DNA of 64,000 nt from an uncultured Maribacter sp. (GCA_947504045.1 CANNFY010000005.1:86549-150548); one strand, 5' to 3'. Counted from the stretch's first letter, positions 30,658 to 40,303 are shown. Notes: generated from the letters alone by a model not told the origin. Program-made: numbers and translations.

Positions 30658-31624
30658 CTGTACTTGGTATTGTTTTTTTATACACCCTAAACGGATAAAT
30701 TAAATAATAATAAGAGATAAAACTTAGAGTACCTATAATTATAAAAAGTGCCAAATAATTAGACATTACATTAGAATAACGGGTAACATAGCCTTCTAAA
30801 AACCCTGCTGCAATGGTAAAAGGAAAAGTGCTTATTACAATTTTTATACTATCGCGCATTCCTCTTTTAAAAGAGTTTAGTCTAGAAAAGGTTTTAGGAA
30901 ATAAAATACTAGCGCCCAAAATAAAACCAGCAGCCCCTTCTATTACAATAGCAAAAATTTCCATTGCACCATGGATCCATATTCCTTTAGCACTTTTCCA
31001 TAAAACGCCTTCTTGCTCAAAAAAATACTGAAAAGCACCAAGCATTATACCATTTTGAAGTAGTACATATGCAGTACCAATACCACCCGTAACTCCATAA
31101 GCAAAGCTCATTAAGCCTACTCGTAAATTATTAAACGTAATACCTATAAAGCTCCCCCAATTACTACCGCTTTTATATATAGCAACAGGATCACCATTTT
31201 CTATATTCTGTAATGTTTCATTTACATAACCATCTCCTAAAATTAGACGAACAAAAGTATCATCATTAGCAGCTGAAACCACACCAATCAACACACTTAA
31301 AATAAAAAAGGAAAAAGAATATAAAAGATATCTTCTATATTGATACAATATTAAGGGAACTTCTACTTTAAAAAAGTGAATAAACACATTAGATTCTTCC
31401 CTTTTAGTTTGATAAATTTTTTGGTAAACACGAACTGCAAGATTATTAAGATACGTTACAAGTTTGCTTTTTTTGTAGTAAGTTTGAGCGTAGGCTAGAT
31501 CATTAATCAAATGCAGGTATAAATTAGACAAATCATCAGGATTCTCAATTTTTTTTTGTTCAATGGCTCTTTCAAACTCCAACCATTTTTCCTTATTTTG
31601 TCTAATGAAGGCAATTTCTCTCAT
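30647..31624 (-). CDS. stage II sporulation protein M-like (SpoIIM/DUF95) integral membrane protein
   Basis: Cytoplasmic helical N-terminus, then about 6 TM helices. The track start at 31633 is a TTG, and the first ATG is at 31624 (MREIAFIRQNKEKW...). Confidence 0.55.
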   Translation of the reverse strand: MREIAFIRQNKEKWLEFERAIEQKKIENPDDLSNLYLHLINDLAYAQTYYKKSKLVTYLNNLAVRVYQKIYQTKREESNVFIHFFKVEVPLILYQYRRYLLYSFSFFILSVLIGVVSAANDDTFVRLILGDGYVNETLQNIENGDPVAIYKSGSNWGSFIGITFNNLRVGLMSFAYGVTGGIGTAYVLLQNGIMLGAFQYFFEQEGVLWKSAKGIWIHGAMEIFAIVIEGAAGFILGASILFPKTFSRLNSFKRGMRDSIKIVISTFPFTIAAGFLEGYVTRYSNVMSNYLALFIIIGTLSFISYYYLIYPFRVYKKTIPSTVEK

Positions 31625-31646
31625 GCTTAACAAATAAAATCATATA

Positions 31647-32405
31647 ATGGCAGAAATACAAATTACAACTACCCAAAATGTGACCATAGCTTTTACAGCC
31701 GCTGAAGTAGGAGAACGTATTTTAGCATATTTTATTGACTTACTTATTAAAATTGCATACGTAAGTATTATTATAGCCATTTTAAGAGCTGTTTCTGGAA
31801 CTGGAGGAATACGCTTTGAAGATAATTTTAACACAGACCCTTGGAGTGTTATGGCTGTAGTTATTATTTTAGGAGCTCCTGTTATTTTTTATACTATAAT
31901 TTCCGAATCTTTAATGGTTGGGCAAACTGTTGGTAAAAAGTTAGCAAAAATACAAGTTGTAAAAATTGATGGCTACCGAGCTTCTTTCTTAGATTTTTTT
32001 ATACGATGGGTTATGCGCTTTGTAGATATTAATATTTTTTCTGGTGTAGTAGCTTTAGTAAGTATTGGAAGCTCTAAAAAACATCAGAGATTAGGGGGCA
32101 TGGCTTCTGGTACTGGGGTTATTACTTTAAAAAACAAAGTAAATATTAGCCATACTATTCTACAAGAGGTAGCAGATGATTACAAACCAACCTATCTGTC
32201 TGTAATTAAACTCTCTGACAATGATGTGCGCATTATTAAAGAAAACTTTTTACGTGCCAAAAAAGCGAATGATTTTAAAACCATTTTAGTTTTAAAAGAA
32301 AAAATTATTGGGGTAATTGAAGAAGAACCACACCCAGATGTTACTGCCGAAAGTTTTATTAAGTGTGTTCTAAAAGATTACAACCATTTTACAAAGAATA
32401 TGTAA
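31647..32405 (+). CDS. RDD-family membrane protein
   Basis: ERILAYFIDLL, VGKKLAKIQVV and QRLGGMASGTGVI correspond to the R/D/D-centred blocks of RDD domains. Divergent from the SpoIIM-like gene, with 22 nt between the two ATGs. Confidence 0.7.
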   Translation: MAEIQITTTQNVTIAFTAAEVGERILAYFIDLLIKIAYVSIIIAILRAVSGTGGIRFEDNFNTDPWSVMAVVIILGAPVIFYTIISESLMVGQTVGKKLAKIQVVKIDGYRASFLDFFIRWVMRFVDINIFSGVVALVSIGSSKKHQRLGGMASGTGVITLKNKVNISHTILQEVADDYKPTYLSVIKLSDNDVRIIKENFLRAKKANDFKTILVLKEKIIGVIEEEPHPDVTAESFIKCVLKDYNHFTKNM

Positions 32406-32434
32406 CTATAATCTGCCGCAACACTTATTAAAAC

Positions 32435-32475
32435 AAAAAAGAGATAAAACGTAATATACATTTTATCTCTTTCTA
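32435..32475. terminator. bidirectional terminator between the convergent RDD and DUF805 genes
   Basis: AGAGATAAAA / TTTTATCTCT 10-bp stem flanked by an A-run and a T-rich tail. Confidence 0.6.
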
Positions 32476-32492
32476 TATTATTATAAATAAAT

Positions 32493-32861
32493 TTAAGCCT
32501 CAGAAACACCTATATCATTTAATTCATTATTAGGGTTTTTAGGGTTAGGCCCCCACTTATTATCTCCTTCTTCACTATCCGTACACAATAAGATTATATT
32601 ATAAATAGGAATTAGAATAAACCAACCACTTTTACCTGCATCATGCATTCTTCTAACTGCAGCTGCTATAGAAGGAACTAATACACCTAAACTGTATAAA
32701 GTGTTTATACCGTAACCTTCTAAGCCAAAAATAGAGGTGTCTACTATACTTAAAACAACACTAATAATAGTATTAATTAAATAGAACATCCAATACTCTT
32801 TTCTTCTAGCTCTACCTTTAAAATCTGCATACTGTCTTAAAACTTTTAAATACCATTCCAT
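32493..32861 (-). CDS. DUF805 inner-membrane protein
   Basis: MEWYLKVLRQYADFKGRARRKEYWMF is the canonical DUF805 N-terminus. The track start at 32903 is a TTG, so I start at the ATG at 32861. Confidence 0.75.
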   Translation of the reverse strand: MEWYLKVLRQYADFKGRARRKEYWMFYLINTIISVVLSIVDTSIFGLEGYGINTLYSLGVLVPSIAAAVRRMHDAGKSGWFILIPIYNIILLCTDSEEGDNKWGPNPKNPNNELNDIGVSEA

Positions 32862-32950
32862 ACTTTTATTTTTTTGGTTTTTGTTATTTGTAAAAAGATA
32901 CAACGTCTTAAAAATAAAAAAATTACTTAAGAGAACGTACTTAAAAACCT

Positions 32951-32985
32951 AAAAACCTCTTAACCGGAAAGATTAAGAGGTTTTT
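32951..32985 (-). terminator. terminator at the end of the sulfate-assimilation operon
   Basis: AACCTCTTAA / TTAAGAGGTT stem with A and T runs on both sides, 30 nt after the stop at 33013. Confidence 0.65.
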
Positions 32986-33012
32986 AATAAACACTAATTA
33001 AAGATTTTATTT

Positions 33013-34074
33013 TTAAGAAATACTTTGTACTACTTCTTTTTTAGCTTCTTTTTTACTTCCGTCAAACCCTTCTACACCACCTACGGTAGTATACTTCATT
33101 ACAAAGCGTTTATTCGGATTTATAATTTGATATGCATATTGGCACATAACCGCTGCTTCATGAAAACCAGATAAAATTAATTTTAACTTTCCTTCATAGG
33201 TATTAACATCACCAATTGCAAAAACACCTGGAATATTAGTTTGGTAATCTTTAGCGTTATTTACCTTTATCGCATTCTTTTGTATTTCTAAGCCCCAATC
33301 TCCAATAGGACCTAATTTTGGAGACAACCCAAATAAAGGAATAAAATTATCTACTTCTAAAATAGTATCTTCTTTATCGGCATCTTTATGTTTAATAAGA
33401 ACAGATTCTAATTTATCTTCTCCATTTAAACCTTTAACCTCTGCCTCTGTAAATAATTTTATCTTACCCAATTTAGCTAATTCTGCTGCTTTTTCTACAG
33501 AATCTAAAGCCCCACGGAACTCATTTCTTCTGTGTACTAAAGATACTTCTGATGCTACATCTGCAAGAAAAATAGACCAATCCAATGCAGAGTCTCCTCC
33601 ACCAGCAATAACCACTTTTTTATCGCGGTAAACTTCTGGATCTTTAATTATATAAGCAACCCCTTTATCTTCAAAATTTACAATATTCTCTAAAGGCGGT
33701 TTTCTTGGTTCAAAAGATCCTAAACCTCCTGCAATAACCACTACAGGAGCATGGTGTTTTGTTCCTTTATTTGTGGTAACTATAAAAGAACCATCTTCTT
33801 GCTTATCTAAAGTTTCTGCACGCTCACCTAATGTATAACCAGCTTCAAAAGGTTTTATTTGCTCCATTAAATTATCTACCAATGTTCCTGCTAAAATTTC
33901 TGGGAAAGCCGGAATATCATAAATAGGTTTTTTTGGATAAATTTCTGAACATTGTCCTCCAGTTTGTGGAAGCGCATCTATTAAATGGCATTTTAATTTT
34001 AATAATCCCGCCTCAAATACGGTAAACAAACCTGTTGGCCCCGCGCCAATTATTAATATATCTGTCTTTATCAT
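33013..34074 (-). CDS. ferredoxin-NADP(+) reductase, thioredoxin-reductase-like (YumC type)
   Basis: IIGAGPTGLF FAD motif, GGGDSALDW NADPH motif, about 350 aa with no CxxC redox pair. Confidence 0.75.
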   Translation of the reverse strand: MIKTDILIIGAGPTGLFTVFEAGLLKLKCHLIDALPQTGGQCSEIYPKKPIYDIPAFPEILAGTLVDNLMEQIKPFEAGYTLGERAETLDKQEDGSFIVTTNKGTKHHAPVVVIAGGLGSFEPRKPPLENIVNFEDKGVAYIIKDPEVYRDKKVVIAGGGDSALDWSIFLADVASEVSLVHRRNEFRGALDSVEKAAELAKLGKIKLFTEAEVKGLNGEDKLESVLIKHKDADKEDTILEVDNFIPLFGLSPKLGPIGDWGLEIQKNAIKVNNAKDYQTNIPGVFAIGDVNTYEGKLKLILSGFHEAAVMCQYAYQIINPNKRFVMKYTTVGGVEGFDGSKKEAKKEVVQSIS

Positions 34075-34080
34075 TTTAAT

Positions 34081-34854
34081 CTAACTTAATTCTTTACTAT
34101 ACTTTTTTATTGCTTCATTTAAAGTTGCTCTATGCTTTACAACTTCTCCTATTATTATTATTGCCGGATTTGTTAATCCTTTTTCTACTACTTGTTCTTC
34201 TATTGTTTCTATTGTTGCTACTGCTACTTGCTCATTTGTACGCGTACCGTTTTGTATTATTGCTACTGGCAAATTATTTTTCTTTTCTTGTTTAAAAAGA
34301 GCTACAATTTCTGCTAATTTGCTCATACCCATTAAAACAATAACCGTTGCTTTAGATTTTGCTGCTAAAGCAACATCTGAGGACAATTTATGCTCTTTTG
34401 TTGTTCCTGTTATTACCCAAAAACTTTCTGCAGACCCTCTTTTTGTAACTGGTATATTTTGCGATGCAGGTACTGCCACCGAAGACGAAATGCCTGGAAC
34501 CATAGCTACATTAATACCATATTGTGCAGCATACTCCATTTCTTCCGCTCCACGACCAAAAATAAATGGGTCACCTCCTTTTAAACGAACTACATGCTGG
34601 GTTTTACCACGTTCAACAATTAAATTGTTTATTTGGTCTTGCTGGTATGCATAACAGCCTTTTCTTTTTCCAACAAAAATAAGTTCTGCTCCTTCTGCAT
34701 ATTCTAACAACACAGGGTTTACCAAAGCATCGTACAACACAACATCTGCTGTGCGTAATGCTTTTATAGCTTTTAAGGTAATTAGCTCTGGGTCTCCAGG
34801 ACCTGCTCCAATTACGGTAAGTAAACCTTTATTATGTTGTTCTATGCCATTCAT
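34081..34854 (-). CDS. cobA: uroporphyrinogen-III C-methyltransferase (siroheme branch)
   Basis: VIGAGPGDPELITLKA and RLKGGDPFIFGRG motifs. Confidence 0.88.
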   Translation of the reverse strand: MNGIEQHNKGLLTVIGAGPGDPELITLKAIKALRTADVVLYDALVNPVLLEYAEGAELIFVGKRKGCYAYQQDQINNLIVERGKTQHVVRLKGGDPFIFGRGAEEMEYAAQYGINVAMVPGISSSVAVPASQNIPVTKRGSAESFWVITGTTKEHKLSSDVALAAKSKATVIVLMGMSKLAEIVALFKQEKKNNLPVAIIQNGTRTNEQVAVATIETIEEQVVEKGLTNPAIIIIGEVVKHRATLNEAIKKYSKELS

Positions 34855-34857
34855 AAA

Positions 34858-36948
34858 TTATGCCTTAGCTAAATCTGCCTCTCTAAATGCTTGTACTTTA
34901 CTTAAAAAGTCTTTTGTATCCTTTAAATAATTTTTAGCAAACTCTTCTGTTGGCTCATTTTTGTTTATCTGTAAAATAAACTCCTCAAAACCACTACTCA
35001 AAGATATTCTATTATTTGCTACAAATTTTGCGTCAAAATCTTTAATTATTGCTGCATGCGTATTTGTTTTTACATTCTCTGCAGTTAATATTGCTTTTGC
35101 CGTATTAACCATAGAGGAATACGAATGATAAATACTTGCTGCCCATTTACCTTCTGCAAAAGTAGTTTCTGCTGTTTGTATTTTTTCTTCGCTCTCAAAT
35201 AATAAGGTTGCAATTAGATCTATTACTACACCCGCACATTCTCCAACACCAATTGCCTTTACATATTCTTCTGAATTTCCCCAATCTATAAAATCTTCTG
35301 CTGTTAAATTATCTACTGCAGTTAGATCTTTTAGAAAGTCATAAAAATAATGTTCTCCTTTTTCTGCATAATATTCTGGAAACGAAGCGCCATTACCATT
35401 TGCATCAAAATCATTTAAGATTAAACGCAATGCTTCTGGCCCTCTTTTACTTGGTATTTTTACCACCTTATCGGCAAATTTTCCTTCTCCATTACCTAAA
35501 TTACCACCACCTAATAAAACTTGCAATGCAGGTGCTACCAATTTATCTTTTGTACGAACAGACATTCCTTGAAAACCAATATTTGCCATATTGTGTTGCC
35601 CACAAGCATTCATACATCCACTAATTTTAATCACCACATCTGGGTTATTAATATAATCTGGATATTCGATTTTCATTATTCTTTCTAACTCCTCTGCAAT
35701 ACCTGTACTACTTGCTATACCTAGGTTACAAGTGTCTGTACCAGGACATGCAGTAATATCTATAGCTTTATTATAACCAACTTCTGTAAAACCTAATTTA
35801 CTTAGTTCTGTATAAAAGAAAGGAAGTAATTCTTCTTTTACATAAGGAATTAAAATATTCTGACGAAGACTTAGTCTAATTTCATCAGCTGCATATTTTT
35901 GAACTAAATCTGCTAATGCACGTGCTTCTTTTAGATAAAAATCTCCTAATAAAATTTTTACTCCAATAGCAACATAACCTTCTTGTTTTTGAGAGATTAC
36001 ATTTACCGCTTTCCAATCATCAAAAGCTTTTTGATCTTTAATAGTTACATTTGGCACATCTACCTCAGCAATTTGTGGTTTTGGATATGCTTCAGCATCT
36101 ATTGGAAAAGATTTTATTGGTACTGCTATTTGTTCTTCTTCTAATAAAGCTTTAAAGCCATCTAACCCTAAATCTTTCATTAAAAATTTTAAACGTGCTT
36201 TTGCTCTACTCTTACGTTCTCCGTATCTATCAAAAACACGAACAACCCCTTCCATTAATGGAATAATTTTATCGGACTCTAAAAAGTCATATAATAATTC
36301 TGCATGACGTGGTTGTGAACCTAAACCACCACCAAGCATTACTTTAAAACCTCTTACTCCGTTTTCAATTTTAGCTATAAAACCTAAATCGTGCATATAA
36401 GAAAGTCCGGTATCTGCATCGCTAGAAGAAAAAGAAACTTTAAATTTTCTTCCTAATTCTTGGCTAATAGGGTTTCTTAAAAAGTACTGAAATAAAGCAT
36501 GCGCGTAAGGAGAAACATCAAATGGTTCTTCCACATCTATTCCTGCTGTTTCACTTGCTGTTACATTACGAACGGTATTACCACAAGCTTCACGTAAGGT
36601 AATATCTGATTTTTCTAGCTCTGCCCATAATTCTGGCGTTCTATTTAAATCTACATAATGTATTTGTATATCTTGACGTGTTGTAATGTGCAAACGACCT
36701 CTAGAATATTCTTCAGAAACATCACATATTCTTCTTAATTGCTCAGAAGAAACTTTACCGTATGGTAATTTAATACGAATCATTTGTACGCCTTCTTGAC
36801 GTTGCCCATATACACCACGCGCTAAACGCAGGCTACGGAATTTTTCTTCGTCTATTTTTCCATTGTGGAACATATCAATTTTGTTTGCTAAATCGATAAT
36901 ATCTTTTTCTACAATTGGATTCTCTATTTCTGTTCTAAAACTTTGCAT
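34858..36948 (-). CDS. assimilatory sulfite reductase hemoprotein (NirA/Sir type) with an extra roughly 130-aa C-terminal helical domain
   Basis: Siroheme/4Fe-4S ligand blocks ACPGTDTCNLG and SGCMNACGQH. At 696 aa it is longer than a core of about 560 aa. Confidence 0.85.
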   Translation of the reverse strand: MQSFRTEIENPIVEKDIIDLANKIDMFHNGKIDEEKFRSLRLARGVYGQRQEGVQMIRIKLPYGKVSSEQLRRICDVSEEYSRGRLHITTRQDIQIHYVDLNRTPELWAELEKSDITLREACGNTVRNVTASETAGIDVEEPFDVSPYAHALFQYFLRNPISQELGRKFKVSFSSSDADTGLSYMHDLGFIAKIENGVRGFKVMLGGGLGSQPRHAELLYDFLESDKIIPLMEGVVRVFDRYGERKSRAKARLKFLMKDLGLDGFKALLEEEQIAVPIKSFPIDAEAYPKPQIAEVDVPNVTIKDQKAFDDWKAVNVISQKQEGYVAIGVKILLGDFYLKEARALADLVQKYAADEIRLSLRQNILIPYVKEELLPFFYTELSKLGFTEVGYNKAIDITACPGTDTCNLGIASSTGIAEELERIMKIEYPDYINNPDVVIKISGCMNACGQHNMANIGFQGMSVRTKDKLVAPALQVLLGGGNLGNGEGKFADKVVKIPSKRGPEALRLILNDFDANGNGASFPEYYAEKGEHYFYDFLKDLTAVDNLTAEDFIDWGNSEEYVKAIGVGECAGVVIDLIATLLFESEEKIQTAETTFAEGKWAASIYHSYSSMVNTAKAILTAENVKTNTHAAIIKDFDAKFVANNRISLSSGFEEFILQINKNEPTEEFAKNYLKDTKDFLSKVQAFREADLAKA

Positions 36949-36992
36949 ACTTTATAATTTAGTACGTTGTACTATTTACTTTACTCTTTAAT

Positions 36993-38240
36993 TTACTGTA
37001 TAAACCCAGCGCCTACTGTATTATTTGTTTTTGTATCAATTAAAATAAATGATCCATTTGTTCTATGATTTTTAAATGCATCAAAGAAAATTGGCTTGTT
37101 TAATTTAAATGTTACTTTGGCAATATCATTCATTCCTAATCCTGTTATACCTTCTTCAATACCAGAATAATCCGGATTAATTTTATGATGAATTTTATCT
37201 ACCTTGGCTAAAACTTTATTTACACCATGTTGAATAACATATTTACCTCCAGATTGTAATTGATTAGAATCCATCCAAGCAATTGTAGCTGTAAATTGTT
37301 TATCTATAGTAGGTAAATCTCCTTCTTTAACAATCATATCACCTCTACTCACATTAATTTCATCTTCTAATGTAATAGTTACCGATGAGCGTCTAGAAGC
37401 AGTTTGGTATTTTTTATCGTAAGCGTAAATTTCTTTTATTTTAGATTTTGTTTGTGATGGTAATGCAACAACAGCATCGCCTACACTTAACTCTCCGCCA
37501 TAAACTTTACCTGCAAATCCTCTAAAATCATGAAATTCTTCTGTTTTTGGACGAATTACAGATTGTACTGGAAAACGTGGTGTTCCTACATTTGAAACAG
37601 CCGCCAAATCTAAACGCTCTAAATGTTCTAAAATAGTTTCTCCATTATACCAAGGCATAGCATCGGTTTTATTTACTACGTTATCTCCTTTTAATGCGCT
37701 TACAGGTATAAATGTAATATTCTGATTTTCATAGTCTCTTTTACTCATTAATTCAGAAAAATCTGATTTAATGGCATTGTATGTTTCTTCAGAATAATCT
37801 ACTAAATCCATTTTATTAATAGCAACAACTACTTCTTTTACACGAAGCAAATTATTAATAAAAAAATGACGATTAGTTTGTTCTATAACTCCTTTACGAG
37901 CGTCTATTAGAATAATAGCTGCTTGCGATGTAGAAGCTCCTGTTACCATGTTACGTGTATATTCTACGTGCCCCGGTGTATCTGCTATAATGTAACTTTT
38001 CTTTGCTGTTGAAAAATATATATGAGCAACATCAATAGTAATACCTTGCTCACGCTCAGCTACTAAGCCATCTGTTGCTAAAGAAAAGTCTAAATAATCA
38101 TATCCTTTTTGCTTACTTGTTTTCTCGATAGCCTCTAACTTATCACTCGTAAGTGATTTTGTATCGTATAGTATTCTACCAATTAAGGTACTTTTACCAT
38201 CATCTACACTACCTGCTGTTGCTATTTTTAGTACTTCCAT
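36993..38240 (-). CDS. cysN: sulfate adenylyltransferase subunit 1 (GTPase)
   Basis: GSVDDGKST, DTPGH and NKMD GTPase motifs. Confidence 0.9.
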   Translation of the reverse strand: MEVLKIATAGSVDDGKSTLIGRILYDTKSLTSDKLEAIEKTSKQKGYDYLDFSLATDGLVAEREQGITIDVAHIYFSTAKKSYIIADTPGHVEYTRNMVTGASTSQAAIILIDARKGVIEQTNRHFFINNLLRVKEVVVAINKMDLVDYSEETYNAIKSDFSELMSKRDYENQNITFIPVSALKGDNVVNKTDAMPWYNGETILEHLERLDLAAVSNVGTPRFPVQSVIRPKTEEFHDFRGFAGKVYGGELSVGDAVVALPSQTKSKIKEIYAYDKKYQTASRRSSVTITLEDEINVSRGDMIVKEGDLPTIDKQFTATIAWMDSNQLQSGGKYVIQHGVNKVLAKVDKIHHKINPDYSGIEEGITGLGMNDIAKVTFKLNKPIFFDAFKNHRTNGSFILIDTKTNNTVGAGFIQ

Positions 38241-38262
38241 TTTTATTAGCTATTGGCTATTT

Positions 38263-38327
38263 GCTTTTGGCATTTAGCCTTTTTAAATATTATTTTTAAG
38301 GTTTGCTAATGGCTAGGTGCCAAAAGC
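38263..38327. repeat. 17-bp inverted repeat in the unusually long cysD-cysN spacer
   Basis: GCTTTTGGCATTTAGCC (38263..38279) pairs with GGCTAGGTGCCAAAAGC (38311..38327). The two non-Watson-Crick positions are T:G on the plus strand and A:C on the minus strand. Confidence 0.7.
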
Positions 38328-38354
38328 TAAAGGCAAAATTTTCTATAGAAAATT

Positions 38355-39260
38355 TTAAAAGTATCCTTGTTGTTTTCTTTTCTCCATTGCTGCTTCGGAA
38401 CGTTTATCATCAATACGCGCACCTCTTTCAGAAATACTAGAGTCTCTAATTTCGCTTACTACTTTATCTATACTAACCGCATCCGAAAGTACTGCTGCTG
38501 TACAAGACATATCGCCTACCGTACGGAAACGAACTAAGCGCTCTTCAACAACCTCATCTTCATCACGAAAAACAATATCATCTTCTGCAGACCAGATCAT
38601 ACCGTCTCTAACAAATGTTTTACGTTTATGAGCAAAATATATAGACGGAATTTCAATTTCTTCTTTTTGAATATAAGACCACACATCTAATTCTGTCCAG
38701 TTAGAAATAGGAAAACAACGCACGTTTTGACCTAATTCGATATCGCCATTCAACATATCAAACAATTCAGGACGTTGGCTTTTTTCATCCCACTGTCCAA
38801 AATCATCACGAACAGAAAAAATACGTTCTTTTGCTCTTGCTTTTTCCTCATCTCTACGAGCACCACCAATACATGCATCAAACTTAAATTCTTCAATAGC
38901 ATCTAATAATGTAGTGGTTTGCAAAGAGTTTCTACTTGCATATCTACCAGATTCTTCTTTTACCTTACCGGCATCAATAGAATCTTGCACATTACGCACA
39001 ATTAGCTCTACTCCTAACTCTTTTGCTAAACGATCTCTGAATTCTATTGTTTCAGGAAAGTTATGACCTGTATCAATATGCATTAAAGGGAAAGGAATTT
39101 TTGCTGGCCAAAAAGCTTTCTGTGCCAAACGAACTAATGTTATGGAATCTTTACCACCAGAGAATAATAAAACTGGTTTCTCAAATTGAGCAGCAACTTC
39201 TCTAATAATGTAAATTGCTTCGTTTTCTAATGGATTTATATGCGATGTATCTTTATTCAT
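38355..39260 (-). CDS. cysD: sulfate adenylyltransferase subunit 2
   Basis: LLFSGGKDS PP-loop and C-terminal RMEKRK-like tail. Confidence 0.9.
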   Translation of the reverse strand: MNKDTSHINPLENEAIYIIREVAAQFEKPVLLFSGGKDSITLVRLAQKAFWPAKIPFPLMHIDTGHNFPETIEFRDRLAKELGVELIVRNVQDSIDAGKVKEESGRYASRNSLQTTTLLDAIEEFKFDACIGGARRDEEKARAKERIFSVRDDFGQWDEKSQRPELFDMLNGDIELGQNVRCFPISNWTELDVWSYIQKEEIEIPSIYFAHKRKTFVRDGMIWSAEDDIVFRDEDEVVEERLVRFRTVGDMSCTAAVLSDAVSIDKVVSEIRDSSISERGARIDDKRSEAAMEKRKQQGYF

Positions 39261-39307
39261 CTTTTTATTTTAATTCTTTATTCTATACTCAAGTTTACTT
39301 TAAAATT

Positions 39308-39931
39308 TTAAGTATGCAAGCCACACTCTCTATTTTCTAAAACTTTTGTTGGGTCAAAATATTTATGCTCGTTTGGTAATTTATTTTCCTCTAAATAAGC
39401 ATCTAACTTAGCATCATCCCAATGATAAAAAGGACTTACTTTTAAAACGCCATCTTTACTTACACTAAAAATATCTAACGAGTTTCTTAAAGCAGTTTGC
39501 CCTTTTCTAAGGTTTGTAAACCAAACTTGTGGCTTATGCTCTGCCATAGCTCTACCAAATGGCTCTAATTTTACTTGTTCCGTAAATACCGCATGGTTTG
39601 GATCATCTATACCAGGTATACCCATAACAACATCTCTATGAGAAGAGGTTTGTTTAGGCACATATAAATGTATATTTAAACCTAATTTTTCTATTAACTC
39701 TTCTGCATGTCTGTATGTATTTGGTGTATTATAACCGGTATCACACCAAATAACCTTAATACTTTTATCTACAGCAGTAACTGCATGTAAAATATTTACC
39801 TCATAAGGTCTAAAGTTTGTAGTAACAACTGCATTACTATTTTGCTCTAGTGCAAATGCTATAATTTTTTCAGGAGATGCTGTAGCAAATTTACTATTCC
39901 AATCCTGTATGTTTTCTTCTGTAAACTTCAT
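39308..39931 (-). CDS. cysH: phosphoadenosine phosphosulfate (PAPS/APS) reductase
   Basis: PAPS-reductase fold blocks and the C-terminal ECGLH motif (RECGLHT). Confidence 0.85.
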   Translation of the reverse strand: MKFTEENIQDWNSKFATASPEKIIAFALEQNSNAVVTTNFRPYEVNILHAVTAVDKSIKVIWCDTGYNTPNTYRHAEELIEKLGLNIHLYVPKQTSSHRDVVMGIPGIDDPNHAVFTEQVKLEPFGRAMAEHKPQVWFTNLRKGQTALRNSLDIFSVSKDGVLKVSPFYHWDDAKLDAYLEENKLPNEHKYFDPTKVLENRECGLHT

Positions 39932-39942
39932 TTTGCTTCTTA

Positions 39943-40206
39943 TTATTTACCCCATTTAATACCATTCCAAATACGCTCATGGAAAAAATACAACACCATC
40001 TTAGTTAAAAAATCTACAGAAGCTATAGATGCTGCTACTGCCATTTTTCCTGTTAATATATACGATACTACTAATGTATCTAACGTACCTATTACTCTCC
40101 AGCTTAATGCCTTTGCAATACTACGAATAGGTTTTTCGGATTTCTTATCCTCTTCAAACTTACTTTTCGTGGCTTTTTTATCTAAAATCAATTGATCAGC
40201 AATCAT
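39943..40206 (-). CDS. DUF2061 small membrane protein, first gene of the cys operon
   Basis: RSIAKALSWRVIGTLDT...FFHERIWN pattern typical of DUF2061. 87 aa. Confidence 0.6.
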   Translation of the reverse strand: MIADQLILDKKATKSKFEEDKKSEKPIRSIAKALSWRVIGTLDTLVVSYILTGKMAVAASIASVDFLTKMVLYFFHERIWNGIKWGK

Positions 40207-40223
40207 TTGTTATTATTTTTCTA

Positions 40224-40244
40224 TTACCCTATAGATTTAATAGG
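40224..40244. promoter_or_regulatory. operator-like site A upstream of the cys operon
   Basis: TTACCCTATAGATTTAATAGG contains the inverted arms CCTAT/ATAGG. It lies between a TACTTTTG -7-like box (40250..40257, minus) and the ATG at 40206. Confidence 0.4.
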
Positions 40245-40303
40245 ATATTCAAAAGTACTATTTTTATACAACCTAAGACGTTAAAAAACAACTAAAATTA
40301 CTT

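Noticed and set aside
34110-34654. Leu-rich and other plus-strand ORFs across cobA (34110..34295, 34319..34654, 34390..34584)
   Set aside because: The poly-Leu translation arises from antisense reading of a codon-biased gene. cobA on the minus strand is unambiguous.
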